IMG/VR virus record: IMGVR_UViG_3300032331_000486
Location: 1,022-65,021 of that record
Direction: 5' to 3' (one strand)
Source of the DNA: a virus
Taxonomy: Duplodnaviria; Caudoviricetes
DNA: 64,000 nt
How positions within the stretch are numbered: position 1 is the first letter of the stretch; each line of letters starts with the position of its first letter. The position numbers and the translations under genes were made by a program. This document shows positions 41,212 through 49,861 of this stretch, in pieces. The notes beneath the pieces are model-generated. The model was not told the DNA's origin, searched no databases, and saw nothing but the letters and a program-made list of their open reading frames with translations.

Positions 41212-42462
41212 TTAAGGCTCATTGGGGTCAAAGTTGACATCAGGCACCGTTTGATTTGGGTTGTAACCGGGATATGGATTTTCTGGGACGGTCATAGCGT
41301 TTGGATCATAGATAGGCGACTCGGTTGAACCTGTTGGAATGAGCTCCCCATTAGCTCCCGGTGTGTATCTTCCGCCTTGTGAATCACTTATATAAGTTCC
41401 ATCTGGGGATAGCGTGTATCCAAATGGAACTTGATCTGGGCTAATTGAATTTCTATTTAGCAAAGTGCTTGGATTAATACCGGCAGCTTTTAGTACGTTA
41501 GTAATGGTGTCACCAGTCATACCGGAAGCTTTAAGGTTTTTAATAAGCTCTGCAGTACTAGCCGCAGTACCAACAGCACTTTGTAAGAAGCTTGGCTTGG
41601 CGTTGAACGTACTTGCAGTAGATCCGCCAATACCTTTGATGAGGTTGGCTTGATTGGCAAGTAAGGTGCCGGGGTAGTTTCTTTGCTCAAGGTACTGGTT
41701 GTACAGAGCATTGAGGCCGGCTTGGTTTTGAGCTTGCTGAGTATTTCCAGCAGCACCCAAGGCTGTAAGATTTTGCAATCCATACTGAGCTTGTTGGGTT
41801 CCTACGTTTCCTGCGGCTTGATTTGCCGTTGCGGCTTGAGATAGACCTTTGAGGCCTACGTCTGTACCGTACTGAGCTTCTTGAATCCTGCGAGCTTGGT
41901 CAGCATTAAATTGAGTTGCCGCCTTATCGTAAGCGGTGTTGTATCCCTGACCAGTAATAGTGGCTAAGTTAGTTCCTAGATTACGTTGAGTCTCAGTATC
42001 CATCAAAGCTTGACGGGATCCGCCGTATGCTCCTGCTTGGGTGGACTTAGCCGCATTACCTAACTGAGTAATTTGAGCTTGGCGACGAGCCTCCTCCAAT
42101 TGTGGATTAAGCGCGTTCTGCAGATATGGGTTCATGTACTGCTGGGCGGCATTTGCATCAAATGCACTACCAACAGGGTTGTAACTTGTTCCAGCTGATT
42201 TATTGCCAATATCTAAAAGATTGGTACCGGCCGTAGTCATGGTAGACGGCAAGGTTAAGTTTGATAATCCTTGAAATGCTTTATTTTGAAGCTCAGAAGT
42301 ACCAGCGGTTAACTGACCCGTGTACTGAGGAGCAGGATTATTAAGAAGCGCCTGACCCTTACCCAGTACGTCTTGAACGTAAGGTTGCGTAAAGGTGCTT
42401 GGTCCCGTTACCGTTGCCGAGCTGGGCGTATCGGTAAGTCCTGAAGATGATAGTAGTGCCAT
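41212..42462 (-). CDS. Putative DNA ejection/pilot protein
   Basis: 416 aa, Gln/Ala/Gly-rich; YMNPYLQN, AGAYGGSRQAL. Confidence 0.65.
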   Translation of the reverse strand: MALLSSSGLTDTPSSATVTGPSTFTQPYVQDVLGKGQALLNNPAPQYTGQLTAGTSELQNKAFQGLSNLTLPSTMTTAGTNLLDIGNKSAGTSYNPVGSAFDANAAQQYMNPYLQNALNPQLEEARRQAQITQLGNAAKSTQAGAYGGSRQALMDTETQRNLGTNLATITGQGYNTAYDKAATQFNADQARRIQEAQYGTDVGLKGLSQAATANQAAGNVGTQQAQYGLQNLTALGAAGNTQQAQNQAGLNALYNQYLEQRNYPGTLLANQANLIKGIGGSTASTFNAKPSFLQSAVGTAASTAELIKNLKASGMTGDTITNVLKAAGINPSTLLNRNSISPDQVPFGYTLSPDGTYISDSQGGRYTPGANGELIPTGSTESPIYDPNAMTVPENPYPGYNPNQTVPDVNFDPNEP

Positions 42463-42471
42463 GGTATTTCC

Positions 42472-44493
42472 TTACTTAGGAATGAATTTTTGGGGTTTAA
42501 TTTGTTTGCCCTGCTTGGGGTTTCCCGTGCGGGCTCTGCGAACTTGATCCATCATCTTGTATAAAACCTTAGCTCCAGCATCTGTTGAGCCGTTTCCAAG
42601 ATGAGATACCACATCAGCAGGGATTACAAACTCACCATCAGCCAATCTAGCTGGTTGCTTGTTGCTGATTGAAGCTGGTATATGGTCTGACATTCCATCT
42701 CCGGGGCCTTTGAGTAAGCGGCCTCCATCAGAGTAACCGCCAAGAGCTCCACCCCCAGCCAAAGACATTAGACCGCCTTGTGCTGCAAACCGTGGATCAA
42801 GCATTGCTTGCCCTTGAGCCGCCCCATCGATAGGAGCCTCCCATGGGCGTGGATTCCAATTAAGAAGTTGTTGTTTGTAAGCGGCCGTTTGTGCAGCTGG
42901 GCTTGAGCTGTCACTAGCCAATGCACCTAAACCTAAAGCCGCTCCGCCAATCAAAGCCGCATTTCCAAAGTTAAATCCACTGCCTGTAGAACCCGTAGAA
43001 ACTTGTTTTACAGGAGTTGAAGTTGGTGTGCTTGTCAATGATTTTGAAAGCTCTGACAACGTGGGTTGTTGGGTTACAGGAATGATGTCAGCTAATGGAT
43101 CTGTTTCCATGGCGGGCATATTTGATACAGAGTTTGGATCAATACCAATTGCATCCCAATAAGCTTGATCGCTTGCTGTTGTTTGAACAGGCGGAGCAGG
43201 AGGTGTTACCTCTGCTAGCGGATCAGTCTGTTGAGCTGGCATTCCAGATACAGAGCTTGGACTAATACCGATAGACGCTAAGAAGTCTTCTTGGCTTGTC
43301 TTGAGATCAGGCGTAAATTCTGTATCAACTACAGGAACTTCATTTGGTTTAACTGGAATTGCAGCTTCGGGCGTAATTTCTGGTTTAGTATCTGGCTCAT
43401 TCATTAACGATTTTTGAAGTCCTGCTACAGACTCCATATCAGGCGCTAACCATGCATTGGTTGTTGGATCGTAGAAAGAACCAGCTGGTTTGTTGTCTGC
43501 CTCAGCTGAAGACAATAAACGATAGCCAAACGGAGGTTTATATTCTTTAGCAGCAGGACTTTCGGCATAGATTGGTTTGCCAGATACATCCACTTTGTTA
43601 AAAGAGGCGGAATCTAATGGGCCTGCAACTTGTACGCCTTTGGGTAAAACTTGATCCGCAAGATCAGCCGTAGTTGTAGGCGCTGTAGTTGGCATAGTCC
43701 CAGCAAAAGTAGGATCAAACACACTTTCTGCTTTACCTGTATCGCCAGCCTTTAAGCCAGAAGCATTAGCTTGTTGGTATTGACTCTTGGCCTCGGATAT
43801 GCCTGAATTGATTGCGGCGTTTACTAAAGCTTGAGAAGGATCGCCGCCCATCAAAGTAGACGCAACAACCGAATTAACTGCCGCTTTTTGACCGGGCGAC
43901 AAGTTCTCAAAGCCGGGAATCTGATCCGTAACAGCAGCTGTTCCAGCGGATATACCGGAGTTAGTCAGGGCAACCAAAGGATCTTGGCCACGAACAATGC
44001 CTGCAGCTGTGCCACCAGCAATCTTGCCCGCGATGTTTCCAGCTACATCTCCAGCCGTACCCATACCAGCTTCTTGTGCGGCCAGCATACTACTCTGTTG
44101 AGAACCTATATCTGTGCCATAAGTATTTGCAGCACCTACGCTGTCTACGCCCGTATTAACGTAATTGCTAACGCCTTGGGCAACGCCTTGGGCTACATAA
44201 GTAGTGGCCGCAGACTTCAAGCCATCTTCTAGACTTCCGCCGTGGGCTATTGTGTCTGCCGCAGAAACAAGAGGGAGAAACTCAGGGGCAACAATTGCAA
44301 CGGTTATTTTTGCAAGAGCGCCAACTGGGTCGGCTTCAACTGCTTTGATAGTGTTATCAACAGCTTTTACAACAGGTTCAACAACTTGCGTAACAACAGC
44401 ATTGCCAACGTCGGAAACAGCATCTCCCACAGAGGAGACTACGTCACCTACTGCGTCACCTACATCCGATACTGCATCTGCTACTGCACCCAT
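42472..44493 (-). CDS. Putative ejection protein with Met-Gly amphipathic N-terminus
   Basis: 673 aa; starts MGAVADAVSDVGDAVGDVVSSVGDAVSDVG; C-terminal GPGDGMSDHIPA...RLADGEFVIPADVVS. Confidence 0.6.
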   Translation of the reverse strand: MGAVADAVSDVGDAVGDVVSSVGDAVSDVGNAVVTQVVEPVVKAVDNTIKAVEADPVGALAKITVAIVAPEFLPLVSAADTIAHGGSLEDGLKSAATTYVAQGVAQGVSNYVNTGVDSVGAANTYGTDIGSQQSSMLAAQEAGMGTAGDVAGNIAGKIAGGTAAGIVRGQDPLVALTNSGISAGTAAVTDQIPGFENLSPGQKAAVNSVVASTLMGGDPSQALVNAAINSGISEAKSQYQQANASGLKAGDTGKAESVFDPTFAGTMPTTAPTTTADLADQVLPKGVQVAGPLDSASFNKVDVSGKPIYAESPAAKEYKPPFGYRLLSSAEADNKPAGSFYDPTTNAWLAPDMESVAGLQKSLMNEPDTKPEITPEAAIPVKPNEVPVVDTEFTPDLKTSQEDFLASIGISPSSVSGMPAQQTDPLAEVTPPAPPVQTTASDQAYWDAIGIDPNSVSNMPAMETDPLADIIPVTQQPTLSELSKSLTSTPTSTPVKQVSTGSTGSGFNFGNAALIGGAALGLGALASDSSSPAAQTAAYKQQLLNWNPRPWEAPIDGAAQGQAMLDPRFAAQGGLMSLAGGGALGGYSDGGRLLKGPGDGMSDHIPASISNKQPARLADGEFVIPADVVSHLGNGSTDAGAKVLYKMMDQVRRARTGNPKQGKQIKPQKFIPK

Positions 44494-44494
44494 A

Positions 44495-44926
44495 TCATTG
44501 TCCTAAGTTCAAAACAATCCGCCTGCCGCCGGACTTGAGCTTGTACTCTTTGAACCCCATGCCGGGCATCGGGGGCTTCTTAGAGATGGCGTGGAATAAA
44601 GTACTTATTGCCGGATCCTCAAACTCTGTGACCAGCATGTTCATACCCATTTTCTTGGCATAGACCACATACTGTTTACTGTTTTCTACAAAGTTACGGG
44701 CTTTGTCGGCGTTCAAAGCTTTAAAGAATCCTTGGCCTTTATCCCCTTTATGAAGGATAAAGATCGTATTACCAATTTGTTTTACATCTGTATTGGGCTG
44801 GGTCATCTCGGTCAGCATGGCTGGGAATGCCACTTTAGGCGAATGTTGGGAGCGAGTGTTCTCCAACGCGATATGAGCTATCTCAGCGTTGTTGAGCTTT
44901 TTCTCCTTGCTGTCCACCATTGCCAT
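44495..44926 (-). CDS. Hypothetical protein, possible divergent GNAT-like acyltransferase
   Basis: 143-aa alpha/beta ORF, 1 nt from both neighbours; function inferred from size and position only. Confidence 0.45.
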   Translation of the reverse strand: MAMVDSKEKKLNNAEIAHIALENTRSQHSPKVAFPAMLTEMTQPNTDVKQIGNTIFILHKGDKGQGFFKALNADKARNFVENSKQYVVYAKKMGMNMLVTEFEDPAISTLFHAISKKPPMPGMGFKEYKLKSGGRRIVLNLGQ

Positions 44927-44927
44927 A

Positions 44928-46016
44928 CTAGATCTCCAGAATTGCTGCAGAATACACGTTACCCATGCCAGCGGCCAAGCTGAGAATCAACCCACCGGGG
45001 TTAGACTCATCATAGGAAAGAAATTGGTTGTCATGTGTTGTGCGGTTTTCTATCTTTGGCACAACGCCACGTTTTAAATCATCAATTAGCAAACATGTCT
45101 CGAGCAAGCCACTGGCGCCCATAGTGTGGCCGATTTTAGCCTTGTATGACGTTGCAATGTAACCCCCTAAACAGTAATTTAAAGCGGCTTTTTCAGCTAC
45201 GTTATTGGAACTTGTTCCAGTGCCATGGGTTTTGACCACTTTAATCTGTTCGGCGGTAGCGCCAGAAACATGCAAAGCACCCTCAATAGAACGCACAAAC
45301 CCCTGCCCGTCCTCTCGCTGGCCGATAGCATTTGAATGATCCTCGCTAGCCGTATACGCCCCTTTGAGGGTGGCCAACGGGTTGTCTGAGTCAGCCTCAA
45401 ACACCGCCAGTACAGCGCCTTGGCCAACTCTGAAGCCATAGTTAGTGTCATCAAACGCTGATGGTAATACGCCACGCTCCTCTTCTTTTTGAGACAAGGA
45501 CGCTCTAGCCTCACCAAAGAACTCCAGCACCGCGTTTGATACGGCATCCTCAACCGACAGAACTACTACTCTTTTAAACCCGTAGTGGTTGATGAGGGTT
45601 TGGACGTCCATGAGGGCTTTGAGGCTTGACGCACAGGCCGTGGCATCGGTAACAACATGATCCGTAGCACCCAGAGCTTGGGCCGTTCTTCCAGCGTAGA
45701 CCTGAGTAAGGGAAAAGGGGAGGAACTTGTATTCATAGGACAACCTTGTAGGCTTCTTAGAGCGTGGGTTAATTCCGGCAAAGTGGGCGTTACCCGAAGC
45801 AAGAATAAATGCAGTCTTGCCAACGCGGTTCTCTCGTAGGTATTTGACCAGCTCAGGATCTAAGACTTTCTCGGCCAAGCGGTGAGGAGCGTAAAACATC
45901 CCAGTACTCACGCGGGCGTATGTTTCTGGAAACCAGTGAACTCTCTGAGGAAACGGTCCCTCCATGAGTTCAACCGTAGTTGAGTAAGCCGTCCGGTAGT
46001 GGGTTAGGTGGATCAT
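44928..46016 (-). CDS. Beta-ketoacyl-ACP synthase (FabB/FabF-like)
   Basis: Catalytic motifs DATACASSL (Cys), KTHGTGT (His), KAKIGHTMGASG (His); SAFD...GFRVGQGA; ATG 46016 overlaps the ACP stop. Confidence 0.92.
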   Translation of the reverse strand: MIHLTHYRTAYSTTVELMEGPFPQRVHWFPETYARVSTGMFYAPHRLAEKVLDPELVKYLRENRVGKTAFILASGNAHFAGINPRSKKPTRLSYEYKFLPFSLTQVYAGRTAQALGATDHVVTDATACASSLKALMDVQTLINHYGFKRVVVLSVEDAVSNAVLEFFGEARASLSQKEEERGVLPSAFDDTNYGFRVGQGAVLAVFEADSDNPLATLKGAYTASEDHSNAIGQREDGQGFVRSIEGALHVSGATAEQIKVVKTHGTGTSSNNVAEKAALNYCLGGYIATSYKAKIGHTMGASGLLETCLLIDDLKRGVVPKIENRTTHDNQFLSYDESNPGGLILSLAAGMGNVYSAAILEI

Positions 46017-46294
46017 TTGATCTGCTCCAAAGCCCATTCCATAGACTCAGGATCGCGCGTCTTGTGCAGCTGGATAAAGTCATACAGCTCATCTACAGTC
46101 TCAGGCTGGAACTCTTTGGATATCTCGTCTGGGATGTCATAGATCATGCCCATAAACATACCGATCATCAGCATGTCTAGGGAGTCAAAGCAAGTCTCCT
46201 CGAACCTCTCATCCATCCGCTCAATAGGGACGAACTCATGGTGAGCCGGGCGGGCGACTCTGGCTACTTTGTTAAGCAGTTCTATAAAGTTCAT
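46013..46294 (-). CDS. Acyl carrier protein
   Basis: 93 aa, acidic; FDSLD phosphopantetheine site (Ser38); YDIPDE...ETVDELYDFI helix III/IV pattern; adjacent to the ketosynthase. Confidence 0.85.
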   Translation of the reverse strand: MNFIELLNKVARVARPAHHEFVPIERMDERFEETCFDSLDMLMIGMFMGMIYDIPDEISKEFQPETVDELYDFIQLHKTRDPESMEWALEQIK

Positions 46295-46641
46295 CCGACC
46301 TTCCAGTTTGTTCCATCTGAATATACAGGCGTTTTGACCGCCCCGCCTGTGGCTACGGTTGAACCAAATACCGGAGCTAAAGCATCAGACACAAACGCCC
46401 TAGCCCCAATTCCAGATGTAGCGGCGCTTGGAAGGGTTGTCACCGTATAAACGGTAAGGGCGGGGATTATCCCGCTGTCCGTACTTAGTTGATCCAATAT
46501 GCCTTGTATTCGGTTGAAGTACAGGCGCAAGACATTATTAAACTGATTTTGGTATAGAGGGGAATACTCCTCCCCACCAAGAGGCAATGCTGGTGCCGCA
46601 ATTTTATTTATTTCAGATTCAGAGGTAACGATGTATGTCAT
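46291..46641 (-). CDS. Small virion/tail-associated protein
   Basis: 116 aa, APALP...NVLRLYFN, PVYSDGTNW; coupled to the nozzle gene. Confidence 0.65.
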   Translation of the reverse strand: MTYIVTSESEINKIAAPALPLGGEEYSPLYQNQFNNVLRLYFNRIQGILDQLSTDSGIIPALTVYTVTTLPSAATSGIGARAFVSDALAPVFGSTVATGGAVKTPVYSDGTNWKVG

Positions 46642-48773
46642 CGTCTGCCGTCCTGTCTAATGTCTAGACGGGGCGATCCTAGTTGCCAAGTTACTCCTGC
46701 GGCAGTAGACCTGACTTCCATAGCCATTTGACGGCCTCTAACCCTTGTATAGATCTGCCCCGTGAATTCTTCAATTGGAAGAATTGCCGTGCGGGTAATA
46801 GTGGCCGAGGCATCGCCACCTACAGACGCTGGGCTGTTATACCCAGAGCCTGAGTTCTGCATGGGCTTTAAGTACATAGTGACTTGCGGGCTAGTTGCCG
46901 TAGATCCTCTAAAGGTAATGTCTGGTACTACACGCCATATAAACCCAAACCTATCGCCGTCATCAATATCAAACTCAGCAGATGTGATGTAAGCCTCAAT
47001 AGGTAGAGTCGTACCCGTAGTCTTATCGTCAACACCAATTTCATGGTTGACTAAGTTGTAGTCATAAGTGGCTCCAATTGGGTAATCGCTTAGACCAGAA
47101 TCCAGCCATGCTGTTCTGCCCATAGAGCCGTAATACCAAACGCCAGTACCGCCTTTGCCGTCTGGTTCAAGGTAGTTATAGACAACATAAGAGTCAACCA
47201 CGGTAGAGTCTAAAGAACAGTAGAACCACCAGATTTCATTAAAGCCCTCGTTAGTTCCAGACACAACTTGGTCAAACTGGTCTTTGTTTATGTTTTCAAA
47301 AACGTGCTGGCGCAGATCACAAGACAAGGTTTGAGTGCGTCCATCGTATTTATAGAACTTATCTACGCCCATCCAGTACGCCACGCCACCAGCGTAGCCC
47401 ACGGCATTTTCTCCAGCGATAGATACGTTATCACCAACCAGTTGAGAACCCCACACCACGGGAGCGCCTACATACTGGAGAGAATAAAGGGATGAATCAG
47501 TCCATACCAATATCTCTTGTCGGGCTTGCATGGCCGTAACAATCTCAGAACCGTGAGACAGACGAAGATCACCAGCTGTATTAGTGGCGGCGGGAGTCCA
47601 TTCCACTACGGATTCTTGGTTAGACCAACGGATCTGCATGGGGTCTTGAGTAGTCGATCCAAGTGCGTTACATCCAAAAGCAAACACATATCTGCTTGTA
47701 TCAGAGACAAGAATAAAGTTTTGCACCGTAGGACAGGCGGATGCGCTGGCTAGGCTGGCAATGTTTATACCTCTTGAAGATACAGAATGAGTGCCAGATT
47801 GAACGCCTGTTGTGATTATGTTTGCTCCACCAAAAGTAGCTGTCAGGTTGCAAGTAGCCCCAGAAGAGTTAGCAACATAATAAACAGTACCTACAGACAA
47901 TCCTGTGGGTAAAGCGCCTGTAGTGGTTAGCTGGATAACCGTGCCATTGGGAATAGCAGTCAAACTTCCAAACGTAACCACAGCCGGACTAGCAATCGTT
48001 ACTGTAAATGTAGATCCTGTTACGCCTAGATTGGCGTTCCATAAATAAATAGCACCACCCCTTGGGCCAAAGATTAGGTCTTGGCCAAAGTTACTTTGAC
48101 TCCACAAGCGCATAGCGTCCGTAGATGCGGCACCAAAGCCCCATGTTCCATATCCCCATAGGCCAGTTCCCCAGCCGCTCAAAGGGACTGCATAGGCTGG
48201 GCCGGTGTTAATTTGATATTGAGCAATCACAGTTCCGCCGCCGGGTGATCCTGATGCGTCTGTGGCATTAGCCGTGGCTGAGACAGTAATGGTGTATGTG
48301 TTTACTGTAATGACAGTAACTTTGAACTCGCCGGTCAGCACAGCGGCAGTAATGTTTCCACCCAAACTAGTAATGCCTGCACCACTGAAAGTTACATAGT
48401 CGTTGGTTATGCATCCGTGCGCTGTGGCTGCAACGCTGATTACGCTAGAACTAGCCGTAGCCGTGAAAGGATTGGTTAAGGTGGCTGTAGCCCTGATCGG
48501 GGTTACATCGTTATAAACACCCCCACGCTCGATGTAGAACTTGAGGTTAGTGCCTACGCCAATCAGATTAAGAGCAGAAAGGGTTACCCAGTTCCACAGG
48601 GATCGACAAATCCCTAGAAACGTGTCAGTGGAGATGCGTTGCCAGCCGCCTATTTTCTCAGGTGTGCCTTGGCGGAAACGGATTTTGTCGCAGTCGTACC
48701 AGCCGTTCTCATTGGTATAGCGAGTGTTCTCCTTATTGACCCCCGGCCTTAGAGCTAGTTTTTTTAGTGGCAT
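46638..48773 (-). CDS. Putative tail nozzle/stabilisation protein (P22 gp10-like)
   Basis: 711 aa, beta-rich; IRWSNQE, FNEIWWFY, RTAWLD, RVRGRQ, RLDIRQDGRR. Confidence 0.7.
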   Translation of the reverse strand: MPLKKLALRPGVNKENTRYTNENGWYDCDKIRFRQGTPEKIGGWQRISTDTFLGICRSLWNWVTLSALNLIGVGTNLKFYIERGGVYNDVTPIRATATLTNPFTATASSSVISVAATAHGCITNDYVTFSGAGITSLGGNITAAVLTGEFKVTVITVNTYTITVSATANATDASGSPGGGTVIAQYQINTGPAYAVPLSGWGTGLWGYGTWGFGAASTDAMRLWSQSNFGQDLIFGPRGGAIYLWNANLGVTGSTFTVTIASPAVVTFGSLTAIPNGTVIQLTTTGALPTGLSVGTVYYVANSSGATCNLTATFGGANIITTGVQSGTHSVSSRGINIASLASASACPTVQNFILVSDTSRYVFAFGCNALGSTTQDPMQIRWSNQESVVEWTPAATNTAGDLRLSHGSEIVTAMQARQEILVWTDSSLYSLQYVGAPVVWGSQLVGDNVSIAGENAVGYAGGVAYWMGVDKFYKYDGRTQTLSCDLRQHVFENINKDQFDQVVSGTNEGFNEIWWFYCSLDSTVVDSYVVYNYLEPDGKGGTGVWYYGSMGRTAWLDSGLSDYPIGATYDYNLVNHEIGVDDKTTGTTLPIEAYITSAEFDIDDGDRFGFIWRVVPDITFRGSTATSPQVTMYLKPMQNSGSGYNSPASVGGDASATITRTAILPIEEFTGQIYTRVRGRQMAMEVRSTAAGVTWQLGSPRLDIRQDGRR

Positions 48774-48774
48774 A

Positions 48775-49227
48775 TTACTTTGTATGGTATTCGGCTTCTG
48801 TCCAAATGCCGGGTTTGTACTTGCCTTCTGGTTTGAAGATAGTCAGCGCTTGCTGACGCATCTCAGGCGCAAAACTGATGTGCATCCAACGTCCGTACTC
48901 ATGGATCATCTGGTCAAACTTAATTCCAGCCTTCAAAACAATCTGACATAGTTCGTGAGGAGTATGAGCAGAAGAAGAGCAATCAATAGCCCACCCGTCC
49001 ATGTGACTGGATACTTTAGAGCCACCAACAGCCACATTAACATCGGGCAAGCGTAGCCAAGAATTAACACGAAGAGCGCCTGTGACATTGCGAACCTCCT
49101 CCATCTTTTGAGCAGCCGTCGTCATGTTCGCCAGTTGGCGCTCATCTGGCTGATTATTGATGTTTAAACGTATAGCAGTCTCGCTATAGGTTGCTTCATC
49201 AAGGGTAAAGTGTTCGGAGAGGTTCAT
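48775..49227 (-). CDS. Endolysin, peptidase M15 family
   Basis: LSEHFTLDE, VNSWLR, SSHMDGWAID, WMHIS. Confidence 0.85.
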   Translation of the reverse strand: MNLSEHFTLDEATYSETAIRLNINNQPDERQLANMTTAAQKMEEVRNVTGALRVNSWLRLPDVNVAVGGSKVSSHMDGWAIDCSSSAHTPHELCQIVLKAGIKFDQMIHEYGRWMHISFAPEMRQQALTIFKPEGKYKPGIWTEAEYHTK

Positions 49228-49697
49228 TTCTTTTTCATCTCGGCAAGTTTCTCAACTGTTCGTCCACCAAAATATGCCCCCATTATCAGCATTCCCCACT
49301 GTCCTAGCAAGGTGACATACGCCTCATTAGCGTTTAAACCAAAGGCTGACATCATGGCAAACAGAAAGTAACCTATAAAGATGGCTACAAGGCTCATGGG
49401 ACGAATATTTTTGGACAGCCAAGAGTCGCTAGTCATGTCCACATCCCAGCGCTTGGAGATGTTGTTGTCTTCGTTCTTCATGGCATCTGCCGCCACTTTA
49501 GCCATCTCTAACTCTAACTCTGCGATTTTCTGAGCAGCAGCAGGGTCACCAGCAATAGCCTTGGCTACCGCTTCAACAGAATCACCAACGCCCAGCCGAG
49601 AAGCAATAGCACTAACAGCGGCACCACCCAGAGGGCCAGCAACGGCAGTAGCAAGAGTAGGCGCAATATTTTTAAGAAGACCGAGTAGTTCATTCAT
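49224..49697 (-). CDS. Holin (3TM gene-transfer-release type)
   Basis: DSWLSKNIRP, TM helices, AYFGGRTVEK; next to the endolysin. Confidence 0.75.
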   Translation of the reverse strand: MNELLGLLKNIAPTLATAVAGPLGGAAVSAIASRLGVGDSVEAVAKAIAGDPAAAQKIAELELEMAKVAADAMKNEDNNISKRWDVDMTSDSWLSKNIRPMSLVAIFIGYFLFAMMSAFGLNANEAYVTLLGQWGMLIMGAYFGGRTVEKLAEMKKK

Positions 49698-49861
49698 TTT
49701 GATTCTTTCAGTTCCCGTTTAAGTTTGCGTAACTCTTTCATCTCTTGCCGGAGCTGGGCTTTCATATACAAGGTTTCCACATACGCCATCGAAGTAACTC
49801 CAACAATGATGCATATGGCTACTCCTATCAATATCCAGTAGACCAGCTTCGTAGTTGCCAC
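49694..49861 (-). CDS. Small membrane protein in the lysis cassette (55 aa)
   Basis: Manual translation (GTG)ATTKLVYWILIGVAICIIVGVTSMAYVETLYMKAQLRQEMKELRKLKRELKESK; stop overlaps holin ATG. Confidence 0.55.
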   Translation of the reverse strand: MATTKLVYWILIGVAICIIVGVTSMAYVETLYMKAQLRQEMKELRKLKRELKESK

